DNA of 64,000 nucleotides. Source: a virus. Position numbers and translations under genes: made by a program. Shown here in pieces: positions 48,148-58,374 of the stretch (positions are counted from its first letter, which is position 1; the number at the start of each line of letters is the position of its first letter). The notes beneath the pieces are model-generated. The model did not search any database. It was not told the origin of the DNA and worked only from the letters and a program-made list of their open reading frames with translations. The stretch lies in the IMG/VR virus record IMGVR_UViG_3300025195_000002, one strand, 5' to 3'.

Positions 48148-48753
48148 ATGGAAAATCGGTTTATCAGCCTTTTAAACTGTCTACCTGATGTTGCTTTTTA
48201 TATTCCAGATGAACATCTTAGCTGGATAGATTTAGATAAAGTTCAAACACTAGGATTACCTTGCAGAAATCGTCAAGATAAAGCAGTATTAGAAAAAGGC
48301 CTAGCAGAAAACGTTGTCGAGATGATTAGAGATACCTTAGCGACAGGAGAAGGTTCGGAGTTCATCACTACCCAGACCCATATTAAGCTTGCCTGGCTAG
48401 AAGCCTCACGTCGCCTTTCTTTTTTGGATAGTTTAAGATCTAGAGAAGATCTCATCGAATCAACACTTTTACTTGTAAACGAATTAGAGTCTGTAGACGT
48501 CTCTGAGCTTATATACGAACAAACTGATCTACTTTATAAGCTTATGCCTAAAGTCGACATACAGAGGCTTACAGAGCGTGTAATGACTATTTACATTGAC
48601 GTACAGAAGTTAATGTCGGATACTGATATGATTTTAGGCTCACCAGCAGTTGGGGAAGCGTTATTATATCAAGTTGGCTTATTAGATGTGGATATCGTTG
48701 AATTTATAAATAAGTTAATTATTCATCTTGTTTTTAATCAATACCAACCATGA
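48148..48753 (+). CDS. Hypothetical protein
   Basis: AAGGA RBS; convergent with the tail tube gene. Confidence 0.6.
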   Translation: MENRFISLLNCLPDVAFYIPDEHLSWIDLDKVQTLGLPCRNRQDKAVLEKGLAENVVEMIRDTLATGEGSEFITTQTHIKLAWLEASRRLSFLDSLRSREDLIESTLLLVNELESVDVSELIYEQTDLLYKLMPKVDIQRLTERVMTIYIDVQKLMSDTDMILGSPAVGEALLYQVGLLDVDIVEFINKLIIHLVFNQYQP

Positions 48754-48798
48754 CGGCATAAAAGAGCGTGGAAAACCACGCTCTTTTAATTTATGCCG
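48753..48798. terminator. Bidirectional terminator
   Basis: ACGGCAT-AAAAGAGCGTGG-AAAA-CCACGCTCTTTT-AATTTATGCCG. Confidence 0.8.
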
Positions 48799-48804
48799 GT
48801 TTTT

Positions 48805-49665
48805 TTAGCTAGCAGCAGTAGAAGCACGCTCTACTAATTCAGCAAAGCCGTTATCAACAGCTTGCAGATCAGCAGTTAACTCTTCTACAAATGCAGCACG
48901 GTTATTCGGGTTAACACCAGACAGAGTCATGGTATCCAGAATAGATTGCGCCACTGCATCAACAGTAGTACCAACCTGAGTCAGACCAGTGAATTCAATC
49001 GAGTGAAGTACAGACTCACCAGGAGCTGTCAAGTCACGACGACCGATGTTTTCACCGCCAGTCTTAGGCATCATGTTGGTAACCAACCAGGCGTTGTTTA
49101 CACGCGCATGCGTTGGATCAGGTTCGATGAAGATCATGGTCATACTGACATAGTCAGGTAACAGATCTGCAGGAACACTGTCCGCCAGGTTTACAACACG
49201 AGGAACTTTGGTTTCAGGATCCATTAACAGGTTAAGAATCCATCCCTCGAAGAATTTGTTGATCACACGACCATACTTCTCAGGGAAACCAAATACCGGT
49301 ACTGAACGTTCACGGGTAACGTTAGCGATGTCTTCTTGGAATTCACCACCCCCACCGACGGCATTTTCAACGAACTCAGCAGTCAGAGTTGACGTTAAAC
49401 CTTCAATGGTTTGCGCGTGCAATTCAACCAGGTTTTTGAGTGTAGAGATCCACACTTCAGAATCTGGCAGATCGCTAAAGCCGCGAGGTGCTTCAAGTAG
49501 AACCGGAATGATGTTACGCTTTACGTAGGCGGCATTTGAATGAACACTTTCGTAGTCCACCAAGAAACCATTCTGACCATTCTTAGTCAGATCTACGCCG
49601 GTGTCTTTAGAGGTTGCTAGATGGCCAACCCCTGCCCTTAATACTGCGTCAGTTACACGAGCCAT
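48805..49665 (-). CDS. Tail tube protein (phiKZ gp30-like)
   Basis: 286 aa directly downstream of the sheath gene; YVKRNIIPVLLEAPRGF and FPEKYG motifs. Confidence 0.85.
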   Translation of the reverse strand: MARVTDAVLRAGVGHLATSKDTGVDLTKNGQNGFLVDYESVHSNAAYVKRNIIPVLLEAPRGFSDLPDSEVWISTLKNLVELHAQTIEGLTSTLTAEFVENAVGGGGEFQEDIANVTRERSVPVFGFPEKYGRVINKFFEGWILNLLMDPETKVPRVVNLADSVPADLLPDYVSMTMIFIEPDPTHARVNNAWLVTNMMPKTGGENIGRRDLTAPGESVLHSIEFTGLTQVGTTVDAVAQSILDTMTLSGVNPNNRAAFVEELTADLQAVDNGFAELVERASTAAS

Positions 49666-51710
49666 TATGCAAGTTCCTCACTTCTGAATGCATTTACCGT
49701 AAAGGTACCTACAGTCTTCATGTTGTTACCATAGGCGTTGATGTTACAGCTCCAGCTATAACCACGAGCACTGTCGTCTTCAGTTAAGAAGGTTTCAGGT
49801 ACTACAGTCAGACGCCCGTCGAAACGGCCTGATGTACGTTCAGCAATCAACGCGTTAGAACGCTCGATGAACTGGGCGTTGGTAAGCTTAGAGATACCAG
49901 CCAGGTCACGCCATACACGTTGACACACTTTCTCAAGCTCAGTGAAGAACATCATGTTAATCGCTGAGTTAAGTACTGAGGTGTCGTCATCATACACGGT
50001 CTGTATAGCCGGGTAGAAGAATGAACGACGGTCGTACGCTTGAGACCAAACCATACCGTTAGCCCAGTCGGCGTTACGAACGCGAGCAGGCTTGTACGTG
50101 TTGTTAATACCACGTAAAAGTGTAATTTGGTTACGAGGAGACTGGTCAAATCCACGACCGGCTGCTGCTACACCAGAAGCTGCACCCATAAAGGCTGCTA
50201 CTTTCTCAGCTAAGTCAACAGTTTGTGGAACCAGACCGTTAAAGTTACCGCCGTTTAATTTACCAGACTGCTCAACAACAATACAACGACAAGTTGCAGT
50301 GCCATAGAAAGCAGACTCTGGGTATAAGCGCGCAGCGGTACGAAGCGCTACACCGATAGATGAGTCTTCATCAACAGTGTTTTGTTCTTCAGCGACATCC
50401 TGGGTAGACAGAACTACATAGATGTCTTTACGCAGACCGATTGGCGTTAACAACTTGCGTTTGGTTTCAAGGCTATACCCTGGATCCCAATAAGCACTGA
50501 TTGGATACGTGGCGTCGTCCATCAGGTTGTGTTCGCTGTTCTCAAAGTTTGCAACGTCATCGCCCACTAACTTATCAAAGTTAGCCCAGCTCAGATCACC
50601 GTCGTCACCGCCTTTCAGGTAGTGAGTTGCAGTTTCTGATAACAAGATACCACCATCAGCCGGTCCAACAACTTCAATTGCTTTATAAGGAACACCGTCA
50701 TAATCGACCGCACCCATAAAGTTAATGGCATCATGTGATACAGTCAGACCACCTACTGCAGTGTCTTCAGCACCGTGAAGCGCAGTCAGTACCGTAGCGA
50801 TGTTGTTTTTGTACAGTTCGATTTCACCGAACGGACCATATACTGCAGGGAAACCATCGCTGGTGTCCAGGTTGGTATAGGCAGCGTCAACAACACGATC
50901 AAACGACAGCTGAGTGTCCAGTTTAGGATTAATTACGCCATCTTTCAGAGCGAATTCGACAAACTGAGCGCTGGTAAGCGTTTGCTGTACAATAGGCGAA
51001 GATGATGCAGAAGCACGTTCGACAATCTGTAAACGGTACAGGTACGCGTCTTGATCTTCGATAACGTCGCCGTCAACTTCAACTGAAGAGTTGGTAGTAG
51101 GCGCATACAGGCGGAAGCCCAAGTTATTACCATATTTACCAACGTGGTGGGCCGGGATTTCCATGATAGGATAAACGGTAGATACTTCACCATCTGCTCC
51201 TTCAAGATCACCCGTACGGGTAGCGGCTTGTCCGAGAATATCACCTTCGGCAATTTCTTCAGTAAACCAACGAACTTTGTAACCAGGAACTGTGTCACCG
51301 GTAGGTTGTTTCTCGCCGTTACCGTCCAGTAAATAAGTACCGTCAGCATTAGTGACGTACTCAGGTACCAAGGCGGATACTGTCTCAACGTTAAGACGTA
51401 GACGGGCTTGTTTTGCATCGGCAGGCACTACACGTTGAACCATGATGCTGTTACCTTGACCCATAATGGTGTTAGCCATTACAGTTGCCTGGTTAGCATA
51501 CGCTTCAGAGTAATCGAAAGTCCGCTCACCAAAAGTGTTGGTCAGTGCAGTACCAACCCCCAATACTGGTGTAGTAGGACCACGCTCACAGAGAAGATGG
51601 ACCATTGGTAAATGCATCGGCAATGCTTCTGCTACCGGCTCCAACTGACCACGAGACTGGTCGTTGATTCCGCGCAAATTAGCAAATGGAGCTGCGCTCG
51701 TAATTGTCAT
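49665..51710 (-). CDS. Contractile tail sheath protein (phiKZ gp29-like)
   Basis: AAPFANLRGINDQS, PMHLP, ERGPT, YWDPGYSLETK and YDDDTSVLNS motifs; 681 aa. Confidence 0.92.
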   Translation of the reverse strand: MTITSAAPFANLRGINDQSRGQLEPVAEALPMHLPMVHLLCERGPTTPVLGVGTALTNTFGERTFDYSEAYANQATVMANTIMGQGNSIMVQRVVPADAKQARLRLNVETVSALVPEYVTNADGTYLLDGNGEKQPTGDTVPGYKVRWFTEEIAEGDILGQAATRTGDLEGADGEVSTVYPIMEIPAHHVGKYGNNLGFRLYAPTTNSSVEVDGDVIEDQDAYLYRLQIVERASASSSPIVQQTLTSAQFVEFALKDGVINPKLDTQLSFDRVVDAAYTNLDTSDGFPAVYGPFGEIELYKNNIATVLTALHGAEDTAVGGLTVSHDAINFMGAVDYDGVPYKAIEVVGPADGGILLSETATHYLKGGDDGDLSWANFDKLVGDDVANFENSEHNLMDDATYPISAYWDPGYSLETKRKLLTPIGLRKDIYVVLSTQDVAEEQNTVDEDSSIGVALRTAARLYPESAFYGTATCRCIVVEQSGKLNGGNFNGLVPQTVDLAEKVAAFMGAASGVAAAGRGFDQSPRNQITLLRGINNTYKPARVRNADWANGMVWSQAYDRRSFFYPAIQTVYDDDTSVLNSAINMMFFTELEKVCQRVWRDLAGISKLTNAQFIERSNALIAERTSGRFDGRLTVVPETFLTEDDSARGYSWSCNINAYGNNMKTVGTFTVNAFRSEELA

Positions 51711-51928
51711 TTCCGACTCCTTTTATCGCCTTCTTATAAGGCATGAAATTTCAAACTAATTTAGCTAAATTAATTTATGTGCGTATTAGTACGTTATATA
51801 CGATGTCAAGTAATAGACCTAAGCCAATTCTATGTATCGGTCAACGTCTAGTACGCATCATAGACATATGTAAATAATTAACGCCATAGCATAAGCTAGA
51901 TTAGCCTCGCTATTACTAAGGAAACCCC

Positions 51929-52849
51929 ATGTACAGATCAAGTTACACCACCATGGTTACAAATAACTATCGTCGAGACAAGCTAATTCCTCAGCTGCAA
52001 GAGGCGATAATTAAGAACCGGCTAGTGTTATTACCCATGACCCCGGACACCCCTCTTTACATTATTACTCCGGAAGTTAAAGAAGTTGATGCCTTTGCGC
52101 ACCCACTATCTATCGAACTTCCAACGCGTGACGATCAAACAGTGTTTGTCATAGATACCCGGCCGTTCGTGCGTGGAACGCGTGACGACTACTCCATTAA
52201 AGATACCATGGACTACGAAGCACTTGTTGCAAGGGCCTTATTAGAAATTGCCATGTTTGAAGATGGTGATAGTCGTGAGTTATACCTTGCGGGTGATGCA
52301 CCTATGTGGGTTTTTGTAAATTGGTTAGCCAATAAAATCTCAGGTAATCTTGGATTAGATCCTGCTAGTCAGGTAGATCTACAGATCATCATGGCCCTTC
52401 ATTATGTCGGCTTCCATGGGTTTGTTGAGAACGATATCTCTGACTCTGAAAAGGCGCGAGTCGCTACACGCATTGCTCGTGTTTTACGTATGCCAATTGA
52501 GCGAGTCTTGGATCTTTGGCCTGAGTTCCATTTACAAGGACTACTGTCTCAGACGGTCAACTATGCGCGTGAACGTATTAATTCAACACGAATTGATTTA
52601 CTTACGCCTGCATCGATGGTTCAACTAGCCACCGGTTCTGCTGGATGGCGTGGTGCTCATTTTAAAGAAGTAGTAGGAATCGCGCTGGAACATGCACCAA
52701 CGTGGCATTTCATGGTTTACGCTGCTATAAATAGCAACGCCTATAAGCGTTCTACTATCAGTGATCTTTTATATAAACAGTTTAAAGACAAGTCTGCATT
52801 AAACACCTATAGTAAAACTTTAGGTCTATTGGTTAGTGGGGAGCGTTAA
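51929..52849 (+). CDS. Virion structural protein (phiKZ gp28-like by synteny)
   Basis: Divergent from the sheath gene; PAFAHP-like 'AFAHPL' motif. Confidence 0.65.
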   Translation: MYRSSYTTMVTNNYRRDKLIPQLQEAIIKNRLVLLPMTPDTPLYIITPEVKEVDAFAHPLSIELPTRDDQTVFVIDTRPFVRGTRDDYSIKDTMDYEALVARALLEIAMFEDGDSRELYLAGDAPMWVFVNWLANKISGNLGLDPASQVDLQIIMALHYVGFHGFVENDISDSEKARVATRIARVLRMPIERVLDLWPEFHLQGLLSQTVNYARERINSTRIDLLTPASMVQLATGSAGWRGAHFKEVVGIALEHAPTWHFMVYAAINSNAYKRSTISDLLYKQFKDKSALNTYSKTLGLLVSGER

Positions 52850-52860
52850 GGTCGCTCCCC
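52838..52860 (+). other. GC-rich intra-operon hairpin at the gene end
   Basis: GGGGAGCG-TTAAGGT-CGCTCCCC; no U-tract; possible RNA stability/processing element. Confidence 0.4.
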
Positions 52861-52888
52861 GGTTTACAATTAACAGGAGCAACCACGC

Positions 52889-55486
52889 GTGTTAACCTAC
52901 TTAACAGATTACGGATATAAAAACATGTGGTGTAATCCGTTTATGGATACACCGTCTGTATTTCAACCCCACCGTTTAACAGGCAAACGTGGTATAAAGG
53001 AAACGGTTACTTTACCATGGGATAGTCAGAAACTTCCTACTACTGCCGACACTTACCATGTTTACAAGATAGGACAACTACCACCGTCTACGTTTGGCAT
53101 TGAAACATCGCTAAAAACCTGGGTGGATTTAGCAACTGTGTCAAATAACAATAATTTGTTAATAGATCTCTATCTAGAAACCGGTATTGTTTTTGCTAAA
53201 TCGCTAGCATATATGATGGTAAGTGCTAACCGTACTGTCATACTTGCGGTTAAACAGCACCCTAACATGCCTTCTTTGTTTGACAACCGTTTATATATAC
53301 GGTTCTACCATAACAGCTTTATTAGTTCTAACCGTAGCGCTGGTTATACTACACCCTTTGTTAAGGTAGGGGGTGGTTTAATTGAAACCACTCAACAAAA
53401 GCTTGCTATCCTTAATGAATTTTATAACTATCAATCCCAAGTGGGTTTAGTTAGAATCATGAAAAATGGGTACGAGCATGGTTACCTTACCCCCGCCGAA
53501 GTGGCTATTGGTGATGTAATTGAATATACCTATCAGAGTACCGTCAGTCGAGTTGTAGAGTTTAAACTTAGCGATTTACCTACCTTTCGTTCTGATCTTG
53601 ATAGTGTCAATAAATATATTCTCCATCCTCCCAAAAGTGAACCACAGAGAATAGACTATCATGATGATATCGATATTTTGATATTAGTTCCTGATGAAAC
53701 AAGAGCAGATAAATTCAAAGGCGTGTATTATCATTACAACACCGAACAAGCCATTCGGATGATAACACACCACGATTACAGTATCCCAACTGCATTAGTG
53801 GATAATTATCTTACCGACCACGGTACTTGGCTAAATACTAACAATGCAGTTGTTCGTCTTTATATTAAAGAATCTGGCTATGACCGACCTTTAGTGGTAG
53901 AGAAGAACCGCATTCATGAGCTTTACAAGCTATCAGATGAAGCGATTGTGAATGTTCTATCGGGTGTTAACTCTAGTATTGAAGTCTGGTCAGCTAGGCA
54001 TCTAGAAGCCTCTTCTTATCCTGCTATTATGCGATACAGTGAGGTGCCAGGTGAGGTTCCTCGTCCCGTAGAGTCTGAGCCTTTTACTAATTTAGTTATC
54101 GACACCTTAGGTTACAATGCGTTGGTAAAGGTATTAGGTGATAGCCCTATCCAGAGTGTGGATGATGGTGGTGTGGCAGAATTTCATCTACCTCCACTAT
54201 ATCGAACCGATTCAACGGTGTATGAGTATACTGCCGAAGGTCGCTTACTGGGTTTCTACTACCATGCGTCTGGTGATGAATATTATCCAAGACACACGGA
54301 AGCTCGTCGTGTAGAAATGGTTAGGGGGATGGTATCTAGGACAATCGATCAGAATGTCAACTACACGTATGTTGACTATGAACAAGGAAGGGATTACCGC
54401 TTTTATTTACTAACTGCTGTAGAAGAGTCAGAGGTAGAAGGAAAGTGGATTGAAGTAACTGGTGACGATACCTATTACGAGATTCAAAATAATCAAATTA
54501 TCTGGAAGGTAGATCCTCGATTGATGACACCGTTAGTTAGAACTGATAGCCTTGGCTTAGGTTTCAGCCAGCTAATGAATGTTAGCGCAGGTGTTATTAC
54601 CGTACCATTGAAAGCTAACTTTATAGTAGATGGTGAGGATGCTGTAGATCAGGATATTATTCTACCTATGGGTAAAGTTGATGTGTGGTTAAATGGTTAT
54701 CCGTTAATTCGTAAAATCGATTACCATATCACTGATTCTAACATTGTGGTAATAACTAATAAATCATGGATAGTGGAAGGACAGCAACAACATGTTACTA
54801 TTCGCGCTGCTGGGCACCTTAATAGCGAAATGCAGGAAGATGTGGAATATGAGATTGGTCATGTCAGACACGGAAAGTTATCTCGTAATAACCGTTTCGA
54901 CATTCGTGATGACCGCTCTTACCGTGTCATTGCAAACGGTGCGTTGAAGGTAACTAGTGAATTGGCATTTGCCGAGAACGATAGTTCTATTGATATTGCT
55001 AACGTTAGAGAAGGCGCGCCTTATATACTAGAATACAACCATCCGCCTATGTGGGAGCTTTACGGTCATGAGGAATATGTTAAACGTGAAGAAGCAGCTG
55101 AGATTGATAAACAGCTTTCTAACGTACTGACAGATCTTCTACCAGAAGCTAACTTAAGTTCACCGATTGCTATCTCAGAACGTTATGTGCTATATAGCCC
55201 ATTGATGAGCGCAATGTTAATGGATATGGTTGAAAAACGATTGACAGTACTGCCTGGGAGAATGACTGATAGAGATATTGCTGGTATCGTTCACCCGTAC
55301 CTGGTCTATCTGCCATACGATCCAACTCAGTTAGATTTAGCTAAAGATCTAGTATCCATCCATCCTCATTGTTATCGTGAAACGCTATCGTTAACAATTC
55401 ACGAGTATGCGGTGTTAGATCGTATTTCTCGTTTATATTTGAACGGGCGAGTTGACTTAACACAATTTGTCTGTGTAGGAGCTTAA
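52889..55486 (+). CDS. Baseplate wedge-like structural protein (phiKZ gp27-like)
   Basis: MWCNP..D, KYILHPPK, LGYNA, DVWLNGYPLI and HGKLSRNNRFDIRDDR motifs. Confidence 0.8.
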   Translation: MLTYLTDYGYKNMWCNPFMDTPSVFQPHRLTGKRGIKETVTLPWDSQKLPTTADTYHVYKIGQLPPSTFGIETSLKTWVDLATVSNNNNLLIDLYLETGIVFAKSLAYMMVSANRTVILAVKQHPNMPSLFDNRLYIRFYHNSFISSNRSAGYTTPFVKVGGGLIETTQQKLAILNEFYNYQSQVGLVRIMKNGYEHGYLTPAEVAIGDVIEYTYQSTVSRVVEFKLSDLPTFRSDLDSVNKYILHPPKSEPQRIDYHDDIDILILVPDETRADKFKGVYYHYNTEQAIRMITHHDYSIPTALVDNYLTDHGTWLNTNNAVVRLYIKESGYDRPLVVEKNRIHELYKLSDEAIVNVLSGVNSSIEVWSARHLEASSYPAIMRYSEVPGEVPRPVESEPFTNLVIDTLGYNALVKVLGDSPIQSVDDGGVAEFHLPPLYRTDSTVYEYTAEGRLLGFYYHASGDEYYPRHTEARRVEMVRGMVSRTIDQNVNYTYVDYEQGRDYRFYLLTAVEESEVEGKWIEVTGDDTYYEIQNNQIIWKVDPRLMTPLVRTDSLGLGFSQLMNVSAGVITVPLKANFIVDGEDAVDQDIILPMGKVDVWLNGYPLIRKIDYHITDSNIVVITNKSWIVEGQQQHVTIRAAGHLNSEMQEDVEYEIGHVRHGKLSRNNRFDIRDDRSYRVIANGALKVTSELAFAENDSSIDIANVREGAPYILEYNHPPMWELYGHEEYVKREEAAEIDKQLSNVLTDLLPEANLSSPIAISERYVLYSPLMSAMLMDMVEKRLTVLPGRMTDRDIAGIVHPYLVYLPYDPTQLDLAKDLVSIHPHCYRETLSLTIHEYAVLDRISRLYLNGRVDLTQFVCVGA

Positions 55487-55491
55487 CTGAT

Positions 55492-57180
55492 ATGTTAAAT
55501 GAATCAGCCCCGGTCTTTAATATAGACCTTAATCGTGGTTTTCGAATCTGGTATATTGATGAGATATACCAGGTCGGCCAAGAAGATACCGATGGTGTTA
55601 ACAACTTTGTCCCTAACGTCAACGACATGGTTGTCGATTGGACTCGAGGTATTCTTCGAGTAACTTACATTGACCTTGAAACTGGCGAATCTCGACTTGA
55701 AGTATGGCGAGTACCTACTGAGACAGGTGTAGCTGACCGAGATATTATTCTCGGTCTAGCACCAGGTGGTATTACTGAATATTATCGGGCCTATATTGAT
55801 AGTTCAGTAACACCACACGTCATGTCTTTTGATTCACGACTTCACATTTACGGCTCTAATGTTTCTCACGTTAAAGTCTTTAGAGGTGATGATATTGATA
55901 ACGATACTGGCGTAGTGATTTCAGCGCGCTATGATCAAAACGGTGTCTTGATCTCCGATAATTTAGAGGTCGTTACAGTTACTCCTCCCGAGGATAACCA
56001 ACCGGCGATCAAACAACCCATTACTGGGTCTTCTACATTACCTTTAACTGATGGTGAGATTGTAACGTTAGTTGCCTATAACCAGAACCACTCTGTTGCG
56101 GCGATAGCAAGATTATTGGTTAGAAATACGTCATTCGTTAAAGCATCGGCTGCACCTACCGAACACATTGTTGATGTGTATATCGAGTCACCGTTTTTAT
56201 CTAAGACACAGGACAACGTATTACACTATCCACACAACCTACCATTAAATTCAATGAACTTAATAGGGGTAGTTAAGTATAACAATGGACGTAAGGTTCG
56301 ATATCCTATCAATAACCAGTCAAGAATGCGTCTGTATGGCATTGAGAACTACGTACCGTCGGTAGTAGGGCAGAAGGTGCCCTTGGTGTTGTCTTATCGT
56401 TTAGATAGCACTGAGTCAACATTCTCGCAAGACTTCCGTAATGGGTCAATCTCAATACCCTATAACGCTATCACGATTGATGAAGATTTACGTTATAACG
56501 TGAAGTTATATGTTGTACCTAAATGGCACAATGACACGTTAGGATATACTTTAGAGTATTACCTCTACTCTATGGAACGTGATATCGTCATTAACGTTAC
56601 TGATTATGTTGAAGCCGATTCAACTCAGAATACGGCCTTTAACCCAACGTTATACGGTACGTTACAACGTGTTGTAGTAGTACTGCAGCTTAAGGATGTG
56701 GATAGCACTTACCAGAGTTATCGTCATATTCAAAGTTTTAGCATAACCCTACTAGGTAGACCGCACACCGTTGATTCTCCTTATCTGATTGATTATAATT
56801 CAGATGGTGATCATGTTTATGGTCAAGGACTATCTGCACACGCATTTCGCGATGGCGATGACCCTACCAAGTGGAATATTGATATTTCTTCTGGTTATGG
56901 CAATACGCAAGAATGGCTACAAGAGATGTATCGGGATATTGATCCTCTGGTTATACGCGAGTCAGAGCCTGAAGCACCGTACCCCACTCATTTCTTATTT
57001 ACCATTGATGATGAAGAGTTCTTGATTGCGTTAGAAGACTATCGAGAATTTATTCAGGTTGACTTTGAACCAAATGTAAATTGTGTAGTGACGTTACAAT
57101 GGATACGTCAAACTCCTACTAACGATTTACAGTTAGGGATAAGTAGTCTGAATATCGTTAATGATGAAGATAATGATTAA
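55492..57180 (+). CDS. Virion structural/baseplate protein (phiKZ gp26-like)
   Basis: FRIWYIDEIY, VPNVNDMVVD and YNVKLYVVPKW motifs; synteny. Confidence 0.75.
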   Translation: MLNESAPVFNIDLNRGFRIWYIDEIYQVGQEDTDGVNNFVPNVNDMVVDWTRGILRVTYIDLETGESRLEVWRVPTETGVADRDIILGLAPGGITEYYRAYIDSSVTPHVMSFDSRLHIYGSNVSHVKVFRGDDIDNDTGVVISARYDQNGVLISDNLEVVTVTPPEDNQPAIKQPITGSSTLPLTDGEIVTLVAYNQNHSVAAIARLLVRNTSFVKASAAPTEHIVDVYIESPFLSKTQDNVLHYPHNLPLNSMNLIGVVKYNNGRKVRYPINNQSRMRLYGIENYVPSVVGQKVPLVLSYRLDSTESTFSQDFRNGSISIPYNAITIDEDLRYNVKLYVVPKWHNDTLGYTLEYYLYSMERDIVINVTDYVEADSTQNTAFNPTLYGTLQRVVVVLQLKDVDSTYQSYRHIQSFSITLLGRPHTVDSPYLIDYNSDGDHVYGQGLSAHAFRDGDDPTKWNIDISSGYGNTQEWLQEMYRDIDPLVIRESEPEAPYPTHFLFTIDDEEFLIALEDYREFIQVDFEPNVNCVVTLQWIRQTPTNDLQLGISSLNIVNDEDND

Positions 57181-57183
57181 AAG

Positions 57184-57238
57184 ACGGCATAAGCTAACCA
57201 CCCGGCCTCACGGCTAGGTGGTTAGGCTTTTATGCCAT
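57184..57238. repeat. 55-bp palindromic element/bidirectional terminator, copy 3
   Basis: ACGGCATAAGC-TAACCACC-CGGCCTCACGGCTA-GGTGGTTA-GGCTTTTATGCCAT. Confidence 0.85.
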
Positions 57239-58363
57239 TATCTTAGTAGCAGTTTCTACTTTACCTGTCACACGCTCAACATGATCTGCAATAGTCACAA
57301 TGTATTGAGATATACGTGTTTGTGGAAGAGCATTTAGTGTGTTAAGTTTATTACCAAGAGTAAGATAGCCTTGAACATACGCTGACTTATTAGATTCGGT
57401 GTCTAATTTATTAATGCGGTTGTCTAATGCTTTAATAATACCATTTTCCTTACTGTCATTGAGATGCTTGTTAAGTTTTGCAAATAATGAACTTTCAGCA
57501 ACAATGTCTAATAGGACCAGCATCTCGTTAAGTGTCGTCGTAAATGCTAAATCACCACTTTTAACTGATTCTTTTCGAAACATAAAGACAGGTGTGGTAG
57601 ATTCAAAATTTACTACCAAACGATGATCTCCTGGTAGAATATCTTTAGATTCATAACCATCTTCTGATTTCTTCATGGGAATAGATTGTTCAACGATCTT
57701 GATTAAATCATCAATGCCGTTTTCCACTTTCATGATAGCGTTTGCTGAATCGGCTTTAGTGAAATCGTTAGTAAGCTGAGATATCTCTTTAACCAACTTA
57801 TCTAACATAACGCTAAGGTTAATAACCGTATCAGCCACTGTATTGAGATCTACCTTTCCATCTACCGAGAGTTGCTCAAGGTGATCTTTGACTTCGACGC
57901 TGATATCAGCTTTTTCAACCCTATCAGCGCTTTTCTTTCTGGCATCTGCCCGCTTTTTAATGCTTTCGCTGCGGGAATTGAATTTAAGTAACCAGATAAC
58001 AAAAACAGCAAATGCTTTTTGAATTGCTTCTTTAATGGCTTTATAGATACGCTCTACCGTTTCAATAATACCGGCTTCTGTAGAAATGACAGCATGTTCA
58101 ACACCTAAGTTGTTAGCAAAGATTCCTAACATGGTATTAGTAACCGGATGCTGGTAGTCAGCGTCCTCAACACAGGCATTGTTTATCGCTTCTAAGCTAT
58201 GGGCGATAGATAACAATTCTTCAACATCGTCACAATGGCGTGTGTATTCTATTGAAGCAATCTCATCGGTAACGTTGTAAAACTGTTCTTGATTAATGGC
58301 TTCTTCTAGCGATACGTCTACTGAGGGTGTTGATATAAGTAAACGTTGTATACGGCTTGACAT
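57230..58363 (-). CDS. Internal head protein of a paralogous family (protease-processed candidate)
   Basis: Acidic propeptide with SLE/STE sites, then IIETVERIYKAIKEAIQKAF..W; LPGDHRLVV motif shared with the neighbour. Confidence 0.7.
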   Translation of the reverse strand: MSSRIQRLLISTPSVDVSLEEAINQEQFYNVTDEIASIEYTRHCDDVEELLSIAHSLEAINNACVEDADYQHPVTNTMLGIFANNLGVEHAVISTEAGIIETVERIYKAIKEAIQKAFAVFVIWLLKFNSRSESIKKRADARKKSADRVEKADISVEVKDHLEQLSVDGKVDLNTVADTVINLSVMLDKLVKEISQLTNDFTKADSANAIMKVENGIDDLIKIVEQSIPMKKSEDGYESKDILPGDHRLVVNFESTTPVFMFRKESVKSGDLAFTTTLNEMLVLLDIVAESSLFAKLNKHLNDSKENGIIKALDNRINKLDTESNKSAYVQGYLTLGNKLNTLNALPQTRISQYIVTIADHVERVTGKVETATKIMA

Positions 58364-58374
58364 GGTTAACTCCT

